A DNA stretch of 63,547 nt, counting the filler, from Octopus bimaculoides (Eukaryota): the NCBI RefSeq assembly GCF_001194135.2. It is 5 parts of 5 records of this genome, joined end to end, with 100 filler letters (N's around TTAATTAATTAA, not from the genome) between each part and the next. Parts side by side here need not be neighbours in the genome. Positions count along the whole stretch, not along the records: positions 59,921 to 61,800 come from NW_026301746.1; positions 61,901 to 63,547 come from NW_026351946.1; 3 more parts are not named here. One strand, 5' to 3'. Numbering within the stretch: the first letter of the stretch is position 1; every line of letters begins with the position of its first letter. Below are positions 60,192-63,547 of this stretch, piece by piece. The notes under the pieces are model-generated. The model had not been told where the DNA came from and made no database searches. It worked only from the letters and a program-made list of their open reading frames with translations. The position numbers and the translations under genes are program-made.

Positions 60192-61651
60192 GACACACGC
60201 ACACACACTCACACAGTCTCTCTCTCTTTCACACACATACACACATTCTCTCACACACATACACACTATTTCTCTCTCACACACACACGCACACAGTCAC
60301 TTGCACTCTCTCGTCCCCCCTCTCTCTCTCTCTTTTATGCTCACATGCAGACAAACAAGAACGCCATGATATATGAAGAGTGAGAATATGTAAGTTAAAA
60401 TGTATGGGTATCGGAAATGTTCTTTGGTTAATGTTTATATGCTTGTTTCTAAAAGTAATTTGTGTGCGTCTGTATGCTCGAAGAAGCAATTACAAGATAC
60501 ACTTTTTCTCCTTCTCTATCAACAAATCTATTCACTATCCTGACTTATTCTGTCTTGCATTGTCTCTATCTTCCTCGTTTTCTCCAATAGATAATGCATT
60601 ATTAATATAACTTATCATCTTGTTCAGTTTTATACAAGTATGTCTCGTCATCGGTCCTTCTGACCTGCTAATGTATAANNNNNNNNNNNNNNNNNNNNNN
60701 NNNNNNNNNNNNNNNNNNNNNNNNNNNNNNNNNNNNNNNNNNNNNNNNNNNNNNNNNNNNNNNNNNNNNNNNNNNNNNNNNNNNNNNNNNNNNNNNNNNN
60801 NNNNNNNNNNNNNNNNNNNNNNNNNNNNNNNNNNNNNNNNNNNNNNNNNNNNNNNNNNNNNNNNNNNNNNNNNNNNNNNNNNNNNNNNNNNNNNNNNNNN
60901 NNNNNNNNNNNNNNNNNNNNNNNNNNNNNNNNNNNNNNNNNNNNNNNNNNNNNNNNNNNNNNNNNNNNNNNNNNNNNNNNNNNNNNNNNNNNNNNNNNNN
61001 NNNNNNNNNNNNNNNNNNNNNNNNNNNNNNNNNNNNNNNNNNNNNNNNNNNNNNNNNNNNNNNNNNNNNNNNNNNNNNNNNNNNNNNNNNNNNNNNNNNN
61101 NNNNNNNNNNNNNNNNNNNNNNNNNNNNNNNNNNNNNNNNNNNNNNNNNNNNNNNNNNNNNNNNNNNNNNNNNNNNNNNNNNNNNNNNNNNNNNNNNNNN
61201 NNNNNNNNNNNNNNNNNNNNNNNNNNNNNNNNNNNNNNNNNNNNNNNNNNNNNNNNNNNNNNNNNNNNNNNNNNNNNNNNNNNNNNNNNNNNNNNNNNNN
61301 NNNNNNNNNNNNNNNNNNNNNNNNNNNNNNNNNNNNNNNNNNNNNNNNNNNNNNNNNNNNNNNNNNNNNNNNNNNNNNNNNNNNNNNNNNNNNNNNNNNN
61401 NNNNNNNNNNNNNNNNNNNNNNNNNNNNNNNNNNNNNNNNNNNNNNNNNNNNNNNNNNNNNNNNNNNNNNNNNNNNNNNNNNNNNNNNNNNNNNNNNNNN
61501 NNNNNNNNNNNNNNNNNNNNCAACCCAGAAGTATTCCCGCTTATTTGAAGAAGATATATACAGATAAACTTCATTCCCTTTGCTTTGTCGGATACGTAGA
61601 GTGTTCGTCTTTGGTGAGGTGAGAATACTGTTTATTTATATATGTTTTTTT

Positions 61652-61720
61652 AACTATACTATGCTGATGAACGAAAACTAGATTCATTCTAGTAATCGCG
61701 AAATCGGTCGATACATAGTT
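61652..61720 (+). ncRNA. Partly decayed type I hammerhead motif
   Basis: AACTAT-AC-TAT-G-CTGATGA-A-CGA-AA-ACTAGA-TTCAT-TCTAGT-AA-TCG-C-GAAAT-CG-GTC-G-ATA-C-ATAGTT. Intact CUGAUGA, GAAA and GUC, a two-part stem II, an interrupted 9-bp stem I, and stem III one change from the palindrome ACCGGT. Confidence 0.6.
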
Positions 61721-63084
61721 GAGTTATTCAAAAGAAAATTGGTTTTCTTGTGTTGGTTGTTTTCCTCGCATTCGGTACTAAATGTGTTTATTTGGGAAGT
61801 NNNNNNNNNNNNNNNNNNNNNNNNNNNNNNNNNNNNNNNNNNNNTTAATTAATTAANNNNNNNNNNNNNNNNNNNNNNNNNNNNNNNNNNNNNNNNNNNN
61901 CCGATTAAAGCGCAGAAATTCCAACTTATGTGGGACAGCTATACCGAAAGTTTGCATAAGTATTTAATAAAATAGTTCCATTCCCCCACCCCCTCCTTCA
62001 TCTTTATGTTGCGAAACCCCAGAAAATTTTTACAAGAACCTGGGATCCCTTGATATCGCTGTTGAGAAACACTTTTTCTGAGACATGAGATTGTTGCTGT
62101 ATCCAACAGTAGCTTTTGTAGTTCTTCACGTGTTGTAACTTATTTTTCAAACCGGAAGTAACTTGTATGAACTTTTAAGCAGACGAATATCGTCTTTGTT
62201 TAAGTTGTCATTTAGCTTTTTTGTTACATAATATCGATGGTGCTTGGTAGAAAGCATATTTTCAATTAGAAAAACGGCTGGGCGTAACCTTCATATTTTG
62301 TGTATGTTCCGGGTAGAGGTGAGACAATTTCTAGCGAAGTTCTCGTTAAACTTTTGTTTGTCTCGGTCGGTTTCACGACAGCTCAACCGTAATGTAGTAT
62401 AACTGTCGTTAAGCCAGAGACACCCCAGATAACAATACCAGGCCACCATATCCACTAGGTATTAGTTATTTTTATTTTTTGTGTGTACTTACTCTTAAGA
62501 GGACAAAACAACTTGGGCCTAGCTACAGTTTGGTGACCTCTTCTTCTCACCTGTTCTGTTTACTCACGGCTTTTTTTGTTACAAAGTTTGCAGATACGTT
62601 TTCGTGCGTGGTCCAGAAGGCCACCTGAAAATAAAATCGGAAAAAATTGTTTTATTAATTTTATCAAAACAAGATCGAAAANNNNNNNNNNNNNNNNNNN
62701 NNNNNNNNNNNNNNNNNNNNNNNNNNNNNNNNNNNNNNNNNNNNNNNNNNNNNNNNNNNNNNNNNNNNNNNNNNNNNNNNNNNNNNNNNNNNNNNNNNNN
62801 NNNNNNNNNNNNNNNNNNNNNNNNNNNNNNNNNNNNNNNNNNNNNNNNNNNNNNNNNNNNNNNNNNNNNNNNNNNNNNNNNNNNNNNNNNNNNNNNNNNN
62901 NNNNNNNNNNNNNNNNNNNNNNNNNNNNNNNNNNNNNNNNNNNNNNNNNNNNNNNNNNNNNNNNNNNNNNNNNNNNNNNNNNNNNNNNNNNNNNNNNNNN
63001 NNNNNNNNNNNNNNNNNNNNNNNNNNNNNNNNNNNNNNNNNNNNNNNNNNNNNNNNNNNNNNNNNNNNNNNNNNNNNNNNNNNN

Positions 63085-63260
63085 AACCTTGTGAGTGGAT
63101 TTGGTAGACGGAAACTGGAAGAAGCCCGTCGTATATATGTATATATATATATGTGTGTGTTTGTGTGTCTGTTTGTCCCCCCAACATCGAGACAACCGAT
63201 ACTGGTGTGTTTGCGTCTCCGTAACTTAGCGGTTCGGCAAAAGAGACCGATAGAATACCA
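63085..63260 (+). mobile_element. SINE family B, middle part
   Basis: Direct similarity. The 5' end is in a gap. Confidence 0.9.
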
Positions 63261-63547
63261 TATATACATTATATATATATATATATATATATATATCCTA
63301 GGGCTAAACGGCAGTAGTGTGTTCCCTTATTGGGATTGTCACATTAAGTTGACAATATACTACAACTTTATCGCTCCACTACTGCTTAAATCTCTCTGAG
63401 AGATTTAGAAATATTATATTTCTAATTTTGCTGATCAGTCAATAAACTTCACTATGGTTTATATAAGTTTGCGAAGGCGAAACAGGCTTAAAAAACATGA
63501 TCTAAGCACAAACAAAGGAAGACACACATACATACAAACGTGTGTGT

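Noticed and set aside
63425-63495. CTGATCA...GCGAAAC hammerhead-like spacing (similar weak cases at ~5240, ~17230, ~43650 and ~59400)
   Set aside because: Core substitutions plus failure of stem I or III. Not distinguishable from chance.

Overview
AT-rich, gap-ridden eukaryotic genomic DNA. The SINE families, microsatellite load and assembly style suggest an octopus or other coleoid cephalopod (inference, not a database result). No intact protein-coding gene is visible, and almost every ORF in the supplied track is an artefact of N-gaps or microsatellites. The window is a patchwork of several repeat types: (i) at least five tRNA-derived SINE types, about 45 copies or fragments; (ii) decayed LINEs, namely one ~3.3 kb L1/Tx1-like element, five restriction-like-endonuclease (R4/Dong-like) fragments and one CR1/Jockey-group 3' end; (iii) two Tc1/mariner remnants; (iv) foldback elements; (v) simple repeats. 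Three low-confidence plus-strand exons may belong to a host gene with very large introns. The main unannotated signal is RNA structure: eight hammerhead-ribozyme-like motifs of the Penelope-associated type, ranging from near-complete to decayed. One of them (24570-24629, minus strand) has its three strands in an order matching none of the three canonical circular permutations. All stems were read by eye; none has been folded computationally or tested.
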